Source of the DNA: Thermoplasmata archaeon
GTDB lineage: Archaea > Thermoplasmatota > Thermoplasmata > Lutacidiplasmatales > UBA184
Length of the DNA stretch: 63,322 nt
Direction of reading: 5' to 3'
NCBI GenBank assembly: GCA_035499145.1
Contig: DATJZK010000109.1
Span: forward strand, 1 to 63,322
Part shown: piece by piece, positions 34,373 through 42,132 of the stretch
Numbering within the stretch: the first letter of the stretch is position 1
Layout: each line of letters opens with the position of its first letter
Position numbers and translations under genes: made by a program
The notes under the pieces: generated by a model
Told to the model about the DNA's origin: nothing
The model's database searches: none
The model's input: the letters and a program-made list of their open reading frames with translations, nothing else

Positions 34373-34688
34373 GGTGCTAGGCCAGCAGGATTGCCGCCCG
34401 GACGGACCGCACGGAGACCCCGCAGGCTTCTCGGCCCCGTTGCCCCGCCAGCGTCGACGGGTCACGGTAAGGCTGCTCCCGTCAGGACCTGACCCGATGC
34501 CCGTGATGGATACCCGCTAGGGCGCTCCTCCGAGCGCTCGTCGCGGGGCCCGCGGCCCGGCGGAACAGGGCGTCTACGAAGCCACGCGAGACGCGCGACC
34601 CGTTCGGACGTCGCTCCTGCCTGTCACCCCCGCTGAGGACGGTTTCGGTGTGTAAGGGGACGCCCAACCCCCCGGTCTAGCCTAGCGA
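34373..34688 (-). ncRNA. Signal recognition particle RNA (archaeal 7S RNA)
   Basis: Minus strand reads GCUAGGCUAGACCGGGGGGUUGGGCGUCCCCUUACACACCGAAACCG... (archaeal Alu-domain 5' end). Helix 8 reads GGUCAGG-UCC-UGAC-GGG-AGCA-GCC (plus 34471-34495). The 3' end GGCCUAGC pairs with the 5' GCUAGGC. About 315 nt; ends are +/- 5 nt. Confidence 0.8.
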
Positions 34689-34751
34689 CCCCACGACCGC
34701 CCGGCTCCTACATAGCCCTTGGCTCCGGCCGCCGGCCGGCCGCCCCGCCGC

Positions 34752-36965
34752 TCAGCGGATGTGCTCGAGGCTGAACGACCCCAGGTTGAACGAGCGCTTC
34801 GTGAACGTGTAGCCGACCCAGCTGCGCGCCTGGGCCTCCCCGATCCCGCGGACCGAGAGGAACGTCTTCATCTGCTCGATCTTGAGATTGAGCGACCCGT
34901 CGACCATGTGCTCGAGCGTCTCGATGTCGCTCTCCGAGTGCATCCCGCTGTCGAGCACGTAGTAGCCGACGACCCCCTCGAGCTTCCGCCGGCCGACGAA
35001 CGGCTGCAGGAACCGGAACGTGGACGCGGAGTCGAGGTAGGCGGTGATCGTCGAGACGCTCTCGAAGATCAGCCGGTACGTCGGGTAGCGCTCCTTGAAC
35101 TCCTCGGCGAACCCGTTCACCGCCTGGGCGAGCTGGTCGAGCACCCCCTTGTCGGTCGAGGAGAGGAGCCGGACGCCGGGGGTCGACGCGGAGGAGCCGA
35201 CCGAGCGGGAGTACAGGTCGACGTAGCGGAGCATCCCGTTCTTCTCCGCCTCGGCGAACGACGGGTAGAGGGCGGCGAGGTCCTCCCGGACCTGGAGGTG
35301 CGTCTTGTCGGTGACGACCCAGATCGACGGGACGCCGATGCGCAGCCCTTCGACCGAGAAGAGGCGGGCGAGGACGTCCTTCCCCGAGTGCGCCGGTCCG
35401 TTGAGGACGATCTGGGCACCCACCGGGTAGCCCCCGAAGAGCAGGTCGTCGAGCCGGCGGACCCCGCTCTTCACCTTCGTGGCCTGGGCGGACGCGACGC
35501 TCTCCTCGTGCATCTTCTCCGCCTCGACCTCGGCGGTGCGGCCGCTCAGCCGCTCGAGCTCCTGGATCCGCTCCTGGAGCTGCGATTCACGGGCCTTCAG
35601 CTCGGCCTCCTTCTGGCTCAGCTCGTGACGGAGGTCTTCGAGGCGCTGCCCCTCGCTGACCGCGACGGTCGTGCCGGCGGCCCCGAGATTGCGCCGGATC
35701 TCCTCGAGGCGGCGCGCCTCGATGTCGAGCGCCTGGCGGCGGGTCTGCAGTTGCTGGTCGTACGCGGAGAGCTCCCGCTCCTTGAACTCGATCGGACCGC
35801 GCCGTCGCTCGATCTCGTCGGCGCTGATGCGGATCTCCTCGAACTTCGTCCGCAGCTCGTTCTCCCGGCCGACGAGGTCCTTCTGACGCTGGGCGAGCTC
35901 CTCGAGCTTGCGCGAGACGTCGGCGTCGACCTGGCCGGCGCGGGAGGAGAGCATCCCTTCGCGCTCCCGGGCCTGCTCGGCCTCGCCGACGAGCCGGCGG
36001 ACGTCGCCTTCGAGCTGGACGACCCGCCGCCGCAGCTCGGTCTCCCGCTCGATGTACTCGTGCTCGCGGTCCGCGAACTCCTCGCGCAGCTTCGCCTCCG
36101 TCTCGGCGGAGGCGCGGGCGGGGACCGGGGCCGCGTCCGCGCCGCTCGCGGGGGCGGCCGCGGCCGGGCCGCCGAGCGCGGAGAGGCGGAGCTTGAGCTC
36201 CTCGATCTCCCGCTCCTTCTCGTGCACGGCCGTCTCGCGCTCCTTCGCCTCGCGCGAGCGGACGTACTTGATGACCGCGATCGAGCCGCGCTTGACGTGC
36301 TCGACCTGGTCCTCGAGCGTCTTCCGACGGGTCCGCTCGTCGTACAGCTGCCGCTGGAGGTCCTGGACCTCCTGGATCATCGCCGCGGGGTCGAACTGGT
36401 CGGACTTGACCCGGTCGAGGAGTCCCGTGAGCCACCGGACCACCGTTTCCTCGCGGTCGAGGACGACCTGCCCGGCGGGTCCCTCGCCCGTCGCCCGAAG
36501 ACCCGTGGGCGACGTGCCCGGTTCCGGCGAGCGGGGCGGGGCGGCGACGACCTCGGCGGAGCCGGGCGAGGCCTGGATCCACTCCTCCATCGCCCGATCG
36601 TCGCCGTCGACCCACTTCCTCAGGACGTCGGCCGAATCCTTCGGAACGGCGGAGACCTTCCGGCGCCGGGGCCGGTCGGCGCTCTTCACGAGCCCGGCCC
36701 ACCGTTCGACGAGCTGGTCGCTCGCCGGACCGGTGATCGCCGCGCCCGCGTCGGCCGCCTCGCGGACGGCGGTGCGCTCGCGCGCGTCGGCCCCGAGCCG
36801 CTCGAGCTCTTCCGAGGAGAGCGCCCGGACCGCCTCGGGCGTCGCGTAGCCGGCCTCGACGAGGCGCCGGGCGGTCTCCGACCGCAGTCCGAGGACGCGG
36901 ACCAGGTCCTGCTCGGGCGAGGCCGGGACGGTCGCCGGCGTCGCGCGCTCCGTCGCACCGTCCAT
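34752..36965 (-). CDS. RadA-type HhH N-domain + long coiled coil + C-terminal KaiC/RecA-superfamily ATPase domain
   Basis: 737 aa. N-terminus LVRVLGLRSETARRLVEAGYATPEAVRALSSEELERL. About 300 aa of heptad-like E/R/K/L-rich sequence. C-terminus RLDDLLFGGYPVGAQIVLNGPAHSGKDVLA (Walker A ends GKD rather than GKT/S) and YRLIFESVS (Walker B-like). Confidence 0.7.
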   Translation of the reverse strand: MDGATERATPATVPASPEQDLVRVLGLRSETARRLVEAGYATPEAVRALSSEELERLGADARERTAVREAADAGAAITGPASDQLVERWAGLVKSADRPRRRKVSAVPKDSADVLRKWVDGDDRAMEEWIQASPGSAEVVAAPPRSPEPGTSPTGLRATGEGPAGQVVLDREETVVRWLTGLLDRVKSDQFDPAAMIQEVQDLQRQLYDERTRRKTLEDQVEHVKRGSIAVIKYVRSREAKERETAVHEKEREIEELKLRLSALGGPAAAAPASGADAAPVPARASAETEAKLREEFADREHEYIERETELRRRVVQLEGDVRRLVGEAEQAREREGMLSSRAGQVDADVSRKLEELAQRQKDLVGRENELRTKFEEIRISADEIERRRGPIEFKERELSAYDQQLQTRRQALDIEARRLEEIRRNLGAAGTTVAVSEGQRLEDLRHELSQKEAELKARESQLQERIQELERLSGRTAEVEAEKMHEESVASAQATKVKSGVRRLDDLLFGGYPVGAQIVLNGPAHSGKDVLARLFSVEGLRIGVPSIWVVTDKTHLQVREDLAALYPSFAEAEKNGMLRYVDLYSRSVGSSASTPGVRLLSSTDKGVLDQLAQAVNGFAEEFKERYPTYRLIFESVSTITAYLDSASTFRFLQPFVGRRKLEGVVGYYVLDSGMHSESDIETLEHMVDGSLNLKIEQMKTFLSVRGIGEAQARSWVGYTFTKRSFNLGSFSLEHIR

Positions 36966-37059
36966 GGGTTCGGGACCCGTCTAGCGGCGCGTGAGGTCAT
37001 AATAGGTCCGTCCGACCGACGGCCTATCCACCGCCGGCGGGCGCCGACCGCCACGGCCT

Positions 37060-37065
37060 AAATAC
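37060..37065 (+). promoter_or_regulatory. TATA box (TAAATA, context cctaaatacgcgg)
   Basis: 26 nt upstream of the GTG start of tyrS at 37086. Confidence 0.5.
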
Positions 37066-37085
37066 GCGGGGCCGTCCCGGGGTCC

Positions 37086-38180
37086 GTGGACGCGGAGGCG
37101 CGCGCGGCGCTCGTCGGCCGGCACACGGTGGAGCAGCTGACCGCGGAGGAGATCCGCGGGCTGTTCGAGCGGTCGGAGCGCCCTCGGGCGTACATCGGGT
37201 TCGAGCCGTCCGGCGCCCTCACGATAGCCCACCTGATCACGGCGCGCAAGATCATCGACCTGGCGGACGCCGGCTGCGACGTCACCGTCCTGCTCGCCGA
37301 CTGGCACGCGTGGATCAACGACAAGCTCGGCGGCGAGCTGCCCCGGATCGAAGCGGCCGGCCGGTACATGCGCGCCACGTTCGAGGCGCTCGGCGCCGAC
37401 CCCGCGCGGGTCCGGTTCCGGTGGGCGCACGAGCTGACGGGGAGCGCCGACTACTGGGCGCGGGTCGTCCGCGTCGCGAAGGCGACCTCGCTCGCCCGCA
37501 CGAAGCGCGCGATGTCGATCATGGGCCGGTCCGAGGAGGAGTCGGCGCTCGACACGTCGAAGCTGTTCTACCCCGCGATGCAGGCGGCGGACATCTTCGA
37601 GCTGCCCGTCGACCTCGCCTACGGCGGGATCGACCAACGCCGGGCCCACGTCCTCGCGCGCGAGGTCGCGCACCACTACCGCTGGCCGGTGCCGGTCGCG
37701 GTCCACACCCCCCTCCTCTCCTCCCTCAAGGGCGGTGCCCGGATGGACCCGGTCGATGGCCTGGTCGAGGGGAAGATGTCGAAGTCCGACCCCGGCTCCG
37801 GGATCCCGATCCCGTCCGAGCGGGCGGAGATCGCGGCCCGGATCGGCGCGGCGTTCTGCGAGCCGAAGGCGGTCGACGGCAACCCGGTCGTCGAGGCCGT
37901 CCGGTTCTTGGTCTTCCCGTGGGAGGGCCGGTTCGCGGTGGAGCGCGCGGCGAAGCACGGCGGGCCGATCGCGTTCGCCTCGGAGGCGGAGTTCGTCGCC
38001 GCCTGGCGGGAGGGGTCGCTCCACCCGATGGACCTCAAGGCCGGCGTGACGGCCGCGCTCGACCGCCTGCTCGCGCCGGCCCGGGAGTACTTCCGCCGGC
38101 ATCCCGAGCTCTCCCCCGCGTCGTTCGCCGCCGCGGGGCCGGCCCCCGTCGGGGGGGCCGCCGCGGGCACCGTTAAATAG
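37086..38180 (+). CDS. tyrS: Tyrosine--tRNA ligase (archaeal type)
   Basis: 364 aa, collinear with archaeal TyrRS. Motifs: AYIGFEPSG, LLADWHAW, YPAMQAADI, GGIDQRRAHVLARE, GKMSKSDPGSGI, LHPMDLK. Confidence 0.9.
   Translation: MDAEARAALVGRHTVEQLTAEEIRGLFERSERPRAYIGFEPSGALTIAHLITARKIIDLADAGCDVTVLLADWHAWINDKLGGELPRIEAAGRYMRATFEALGADPARVRFRWAHELTGSADYWARVVRVAKATSLARTKRAMSIMGRSEEESALDTSKLFYPAMQAADIFELPVDLAYGGIDQRRAHVLAREVAHHYRWPVPVAVHTPLLSSLKGGARMDPVDGLVEGKMSKSDPGSGIPIPSERAEIAARIGAAFCEPKAVDGNPVVEAVRFLVFPWEGRFAVERAAKHGGPIAFASEAEFVAAWREGSLHPMDLKAGVTAALDRLLAPAREYFRRHPELSPASFAAAGPAPVGGAAAGTVK
38174..38179 (+). promoter_or_regulatory. TATA box (TAAATA, context gttaaatagcgg) overlapping the tyrS stop codon
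   Basis: 79 nt upstream of the rpl7ae ATG. This is the only clear case in the window implying a ~50-nt 5' leader. Confidence 0.4.
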
Positions 38181-38252
38181 CGGACGCCGTACCGGGGCCC
38201 CACCCGTGAGCCGAGGATCCCCTTCCGGGGGGTTCCGCTGACGCGAGGAACC

Positions 38253-38624
38253 ATGGCGCGACCGATCTACGTGCGGTTCGAGACCCCGAGCGACCTCGCC
38301 GACAAGGCCCTGCAGCTCGTGCAGATCGCGAGCGAGACGGGGAAGGTCCGCGTCGGCACCAACGAAGTGACCAAATCGAGCGAGCGCGCCGAGGCGAAGC
38401 TCGTCGTCATGGCCGAGGACGTCGACCCCGTCGAGATCCTCGTCCACATCCCGATGCTCTGCGAGGAGAAGCGGATCCCGTACGTCTACGTCCCGAAGAA
38501 GCAGCGGCTCGGCCAGTCGGCCGGTCTGTCGAAGTCGGCGGCGAGCGTCGCGATCGTCGAGCCGGGCGACGCGAAGGCACTCCTCGACGAGATTGCCCAG
38601 CAGTTCGCGACCCTGAAGGCGTAG
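38253..38624 (+). CDS. rpl7ae: 50S ribosomal protein L7Ae
   Basis: 123 aa. [49 protein letters not shown] is the L7Ae/L30e signature. Confidence 0.95.
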   Translation: MARPIYVRFETPSDLADKALQLVQIASETGKVRVGTNEVTKSSERAEAKLVVMAEDVDPVEILVHIPMLCEEKRIPYVYVPKKQRLGQSAGLSKSAASVAIVEPGDAKALLDEIAQQFATLKA

Positions 38625-38650
38625 GCCCGGGGGCCAAGCGGGAGCGGGCG

Positions 38651-38863
38651 ATGGCGGAAGAGAAGGGTTCGCCGGCCGAGGTCGTCGAGCTGGTCGGACG
38701 GACCGGCATGGCGGGCGAGGCGACCCAGGTGAAGGTCCGCGTCCTCGCCGGGCGCGACCGGGGGAAGATCATCACGCGCAACGTCGCGGGCCCGATCCGC
38801 CTCGGCGACATCCTGATCCTCCGCGAGACCGCGCGCGAGGCGCGCAAGCTCTCGGTCCGGTAG
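38651..38863 (+). CDS. rps28e: 30S ribosomal protein S28e
   Basis: 70 aa. [56 protein letters not shown]. Confidence 0.95.
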   Translation: MAEEKGSPAEVVELVGRTGMAGEATQVKVRVLAGRDRGKIITRNVAGPIRLGDILILRETAREARKLSVR

Positions 38864-38872
38864 GGGGTCTCC

Positions 38873-39292
38873 GTGGTCGTCAAGCGCCAGTGCTCGTTCT
38901 GCGCCCGCGAGATCGAACCGGGCACCGGCATGATGTTCGTGAAGCGCGACGGCACCGTCTTCCACTTCTGCTCGTCGTCGTGCCGCAAGCAGCAGCTCTA
39001 CCTCGGGCGCGTCGGCCACCGGTTCAAGTGGACGCGGGCGCACGCGCTGAAGAAGAGCGCGGAGCGTTCGAACGCGGCGCGCTCGTCGGCCGCCCCCGCC
39101 CCCCCGGCGAAGCCGGCCCGGCGGAGCCGCAGCCCGAAACCCTCGGCCCCGACGGGGGAGACGACTCCGCCCGCCGTGGCCCCCCCGGAGGCGCCGACGA
39201 CCGCCGCGGTCGACGCGCCGGCGCCGCCCGCCCCGAAGCCTCGGGCGCGAAAGCCCCGCGCGGCCCCCGCGCCCCCCTCGACCGAACCGTAG
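38873..39292 (+). CDS. rpl24e: 50S ribosomal protein L24e with an ~80-aa Ala/Pro/Lys/Arg-rich C-terminal extension
   Basis: GTG start. The zinc-ribbon core CSFCAREIEPGTGMMFVKRDGTVFHFCSSSCRK is L24e. The tail is low complexity. Confidence 0.9.
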   Translation: MVVKRQCSFCAREIEPGTGMMFVKRDGTVFHFCSSSCRKQQLYLGRVGHRFKWTRAHALKKSAERSNAARSSAAPAPPAKPARRSRSPKPSAPTGETTPPAVAPPEAPTTAAVDAPAPPAPKPRARKPRAAPAPPSTEP

Positions 39293-39356
39293 GCTCGACC
39301 GGTCTCGGCTGCCGATGGAACCGAATCGGTAAGAGCCCGAACGACGCGCGCGGCGC

Positions 39357-39605
39357 GTGCGCGACGACGCCGGGTGGGTCTCGGCGACCGATCTCGCGGA
39401 GTACGCCTACTGTCCACGGTCGTTCCACTACGCCCGCCGATTCCCCGACGCGCCGGAAGGGTCCCGCGCCCGGGACGGCCGCCGCTACCACGAACGAGCG
39501 CTGGGGGCCGAGCGACGTCGGGCGAACCACGGCGCCGCGTACTGGCTGGGACTCCTGGGCGGGATCGCCCTGCTCCTCGCGGCGGTCGTCGCGGCGGTGC
39601 GATGA
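39357..39605 (+). CDS. Cas4/DUF83-like nuclease, N-terminal fragment with C-terminal TM helix
   Basis: 82 aa, GTG start. WVSATDLAEYAYCPRSFHY (first Fe-S Cys) and GRRYHERAL, then the TM segment AAYWLGLLGGIALLLAAVVAAV. The stop TGA overlaps the next ATG (ATGA at 39602-39605). Confidence 0.6.
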   Translation: MRDDAGWVSATDLAEYAYCPRSFHYARRFPDAPEGSRARDGRRYHERALGAERRRANHGAAYWLGLLGGIALLLAAVVAAVR

Positions 39606-40117
39606 TCGACCTGCTCCGCACGCTGGAGATCGGCGCGGCCCTGGGAGGGATCGGCGTCGTGGCAGCGAGCGCGGCCGCGCTGTGGCGGCGGTCGCGGGAG
39701 GCGCGATGGGGCGCGCTCTCCTCGATCGATGCGGAGGACGCCGGGCCGACGTTCCGATCGACCCGATACCGCCTGGTCGGCCGGCCCGACGTCGTCCGAC
39801 GGGACCGTACCGGCCGCCGGATCCCGGTGGAGCTGAAGCGTCGACCCGCGCCGACCGGCGGGCCGTTCCGCTCGCACCTCGTCCAGGTCTGGGCGTACTG
39901 CCTGCTGCTGGAGGAGGCCGACGGTCGCCCGCCCCCGTTCGGCGTCCTCCGCTACTCCGATCGGGAGTACGTCGTACCGTGGGACCCCCGGGCCCGGGCG
40001 GAGCTCCTCGACCTGCGTCGAGCGGCCGCCGGGCCGTACGACGGCCGGGCGACGCCGAGCCCCGGACGGTGCGCGGGCTGCCGGTGGTTCTCGGGCTGCG
40101 ATGCTCGCGTCGTCTAG
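39602..40117 (+). CDS. Cas4/DUF83-like nuclease, catalytic C-terminal fragment with N-terminal TM helix
   Basis: 171 aa. TM segment LEIGAALGGIGVVAASAAAL. PD-(D/E)xK motifs GRPDVV and PVELK. QVWAYCLLL (QxxxY). C-terminal Cys cluster CAGCRWFSGC. Confidence 0.65.
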   Translation: MIDLLRTLEIGAALGGIGVVAASAAALWRRSREARWGALSSIDAEDAGPTFRSTRYRLVGRPDVVRRDRTGRRIPVELKRRPAPTGGPFRSHLVQVWAYCLLLEEADGRPPPFGVLRYSDREYVVPWDPRARAELLDLRRAAAGPYDGRATPSPGRCAGCRWFSGCDARVV

Positions 40118-40923
40118 CGCCGGCGGCTCCAGTAGACGTCGGTCCGGTACGGGAGCCGGATCGTATGGGCCGGCCGATCCCCGCGACCGAGCGGCAGGAG
40201 CGCGCGGACCTCGCGCGCGATCCTCCGCCGCTCGGCGGCGGTCTGGATCGCGATGTAGCTGACCGAGAGGACCCGGTCGACGAGGGTCGTCGAGTCGAGC
40301 CGCTGGTGATGGTCGAACGTGCGGTGCCGTAGCGGCAGGAACGGGCTATCGGGGCGGTCGAACGCCGACCGCCAGCGTTCGCTGCGCCGATCCGGCGTAC
40401 GTCGCGCCACGCCAGGGCCGGGCGGCGTTCCGCGCCGGTACCGATCGACGATCTGAGAGATCCCGTGCGAGACCGCCGCCCGGTCGTCCCGCGTGTTCCA
40501 GACGATCCCGACCCCGCCCCGCGGGCGCAGCACCCGGGCGATCTCCCGGACCGCCCGTCCCGGGCGGAACCAGTGGAACGCTTGCGCGACGACGACCGCA
40601 TCCGCGAATCCGTCCGGGAGCGGGATCGACTCCGCCGTGCCGGGCACGACGACGATGCCGGGCACGGCGCGGGCGAACTCCGCGCGCATTCCCGGGATCG
40701 GCTCCACCGCCACGATCGCGGCGCCGGTCGGGCGGAGGGCGCGCGTGAGCTTGCCGGTGCCGCTCGCGAGGTCGATGACCGTGGCGCCGCGGCGCAGCCC
40801 CAGTTCCCGGGCGAGCCACGCGACGGCGGGGGCCGGATAGTCGGGTCGGCCTCGTTCGTACGCGGGGGCCGCCCGGTCGAACCCCCGGACGGACGGATGT
40901 ACCGGACCGGCCGGCCCGGTCAC
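40114..40923 (-). CDS. Class I SAM-dependent methyltransferase (Methyltransf_11-like)
   Basis: GTG at 40923 overlaps the upstream stop (GTGA). 269 aa. SAM motif VIDLASGTGKLTRAL and FADAVVVAQAFHWF. The longer track ORF upstream is out-of-frame shadow of the DUF429 gene. Confidence 0.75.
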   Translation of the reverse strand: MTGPAGPVHPSVRGFDRAAPAYERGRPDYPAPAVAWLARELGLRRGATVIDLASGTGKLTRALRPTGAAIVAVEPIPGMRAEFARAVPGIVVVPGTAESIPLPDGFADAVVVAQAFHWFRPGRAVREIARVLRPRGGVGIVWNTRDDRAAVSHGISQIVDRYRRGTPPGPGVARRTPDRRSERWRSAFDRPDSPFLPLRHRTFDHHQRLDSTTLVDRVLSVSYIAIQTAAERRRIAREVRALLPLGRGDRPAHTIRLPYRTDVYWSRRR

Positions 40924-41588
40924 GGGCGCGGTCCCCGATTCCGGCCCCCGACCCGACCGCTCCGAACGGGGCGGGGCAGCACGAGCGTGCCTTCGCCGGG
41001 ATCGCCGAGGACGAGCGACCGGCCGCGACGGTGCTCGCGCCCCGTGTAGGCGCAGAGGACGGCGTCGAGCTCGTCGTGCGTGATCGCCCGATGCTCGACC
41101 GAGCCGGAGAAGCCGAACCGGACGAGGGCGCGGCGCAGCCGCTCCTCGCCCGCTCCCTTCCGGGGCAGCCCGAGGACGTCCTGCGCTCCCCCCGGATACG
41201 CCTCGATCACCTCGAAACCGTCCCGCCGGAGCCGGTCGGCGACCTCGATCCCCCGGCGGGTCAGCATCCGCATCGGGCCGAGCGTGATCGGGAAGAACCG
41301 GATCCCGAGGGCCGTGAGGGCGCGGTCGCAGGCGCGGAAGTGCGGGGGGGACGGGATGTCGAGCGACGCCCGCCCACGCGGGAGCGACAGCGGCGCGTCG
41401 ATCGCGACGATCCCCGCGTCCGCGGCGCGCACGGCGTCCACGATCGCCTCGTCGTCGCCGAGGACCCGGGTCTCGGTCGCGAGCCCAGGGCCGAGCCGGC
41501 AGAAGCCGGTCCGGCGGAGCGGACTGCCCGCGAGGTCGAGGCCGATCGCCGGACCGCGGGGGCGGGAGCGGGGCGTCGGTCGGGACAT
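40920..41588 (-). CDS. DUF429/COG2410 predicted nuclease (RNase H-like fold)
   Basis: 222 aa. AIGLDLAGSPLRRTGFC, IVAIDAPLSLPRG, FRACDRAL, EVIEAYPGGAQ. Confidence 0.7.
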   Translation of the reverse strand: MSRPTPRSRPRGPAIGLDLAGSPLRRTGFCRLGPGLATETRVLGDDEAIVDAVRAADAGIVAIDAPLSLPRGRASLDIPSPPHFRACDRALTALGIRFFPITLGPMRMLTRRGIEVADRLRRDGFEVIEAYPGGAQDVLGLPRKGAGEERLRRALVRFGFSGSVEHRAITHDELDAVLCAYTGREHRRGRSLVLGDPGEGTLVLPRPVRSGRVGGRNRGPRP

Positions 41589-41669
41589 GGCCCACCACCA
41601 CCGGCGGGAGCGTTACCTCTTCGCCATGCGCCGCGAAAACCTTACCCTCCCGCCCGCCTCGGCCGGCCG

Positions 41670-42128
41670 ATGGCCGAAGGGAACGTCGAGCGGACGCTCG
41701 TGCTCGTGAAACCGGACGGGGTCCGCCGGGGGGTCGTCGGCGAAATCATCGCCCGGTTCGAACGGAAGGGGCTCAAGATCCTCGCCGCCAAGACGCTCCG
41801 CGTCGCCCCCGAGCTCGCCCAGCGGCACTACGCCGAGCACCAGGGCAAGCCGTTCTACCCCGCCCTCGTCCAGCACATCACCAGCGGCCCGATCGTCGCG
41901 CTCGCCCTCGAGGGCCGCTCCGCGATCTCCGTCGTTCGGCTGCTGCTCGGGTCGACCAATCCCCAGCAGGCGGCCCCCGGCACGATCCGGGGCGACCTCG
42001 GCCTCGGCATCACGCCGAACCTCGTCCACGCCTCCGACTCCCCCGACTCCGCCGCCCGGGAGCTGGCGCTGTACTTCCGACCGGAAGAGTACCTCGCGTA
42101 CTCTCGCGTCGGCGAGGAGTACTACTAG
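41670..42128 (+). CDS. ndk: Nucleoside diphosphate kinase
   Basis: 152 aa. ERTLVLVKPDGVRRGVVGEIIARFERKGLKI and NLVHASDS (catalytic His). Confidence 0.95.
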   Translation: MAEGNVERTLVLVKPDGVRRGVVGEIIARFERKGLKILAAKTLRVAPELAQRHYAEHQGKPFYPALVQHITSGPIVALALEGRSAISVVRLLLGSTNPQQAAPGTIRGDLGLGITPNLVHASDSPDSAARELALYFRPEEYLAYSRVGEEYY

Positions 42129-42132
42129 GCCG

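Noticed and set aside
38180-38252. Possible L7Ae-binding K-turn in the rpl7ae 5' leader (GUGA ... CUGA flanking a GC hairpin, 38205-38245).
   Set aside because: The two GA dinucleotides are present. When I tried to pair the flanking C-stem and NC-stem positions, the C-stem closing pair is C-C and the NC stem has mismatches, so it is not a convincing K-turn by eye. It may still merit a proper K-turn search.
39357-40117. Treating the Cas4-like locus as evidence of a CRISPR-Cas system.
   Set aside because: No repeats, cas1/cas2 or effector genes occur anywhere in the window. Stand-alone Cas4/DUF83 nucleases are common outside CRISPR loci.
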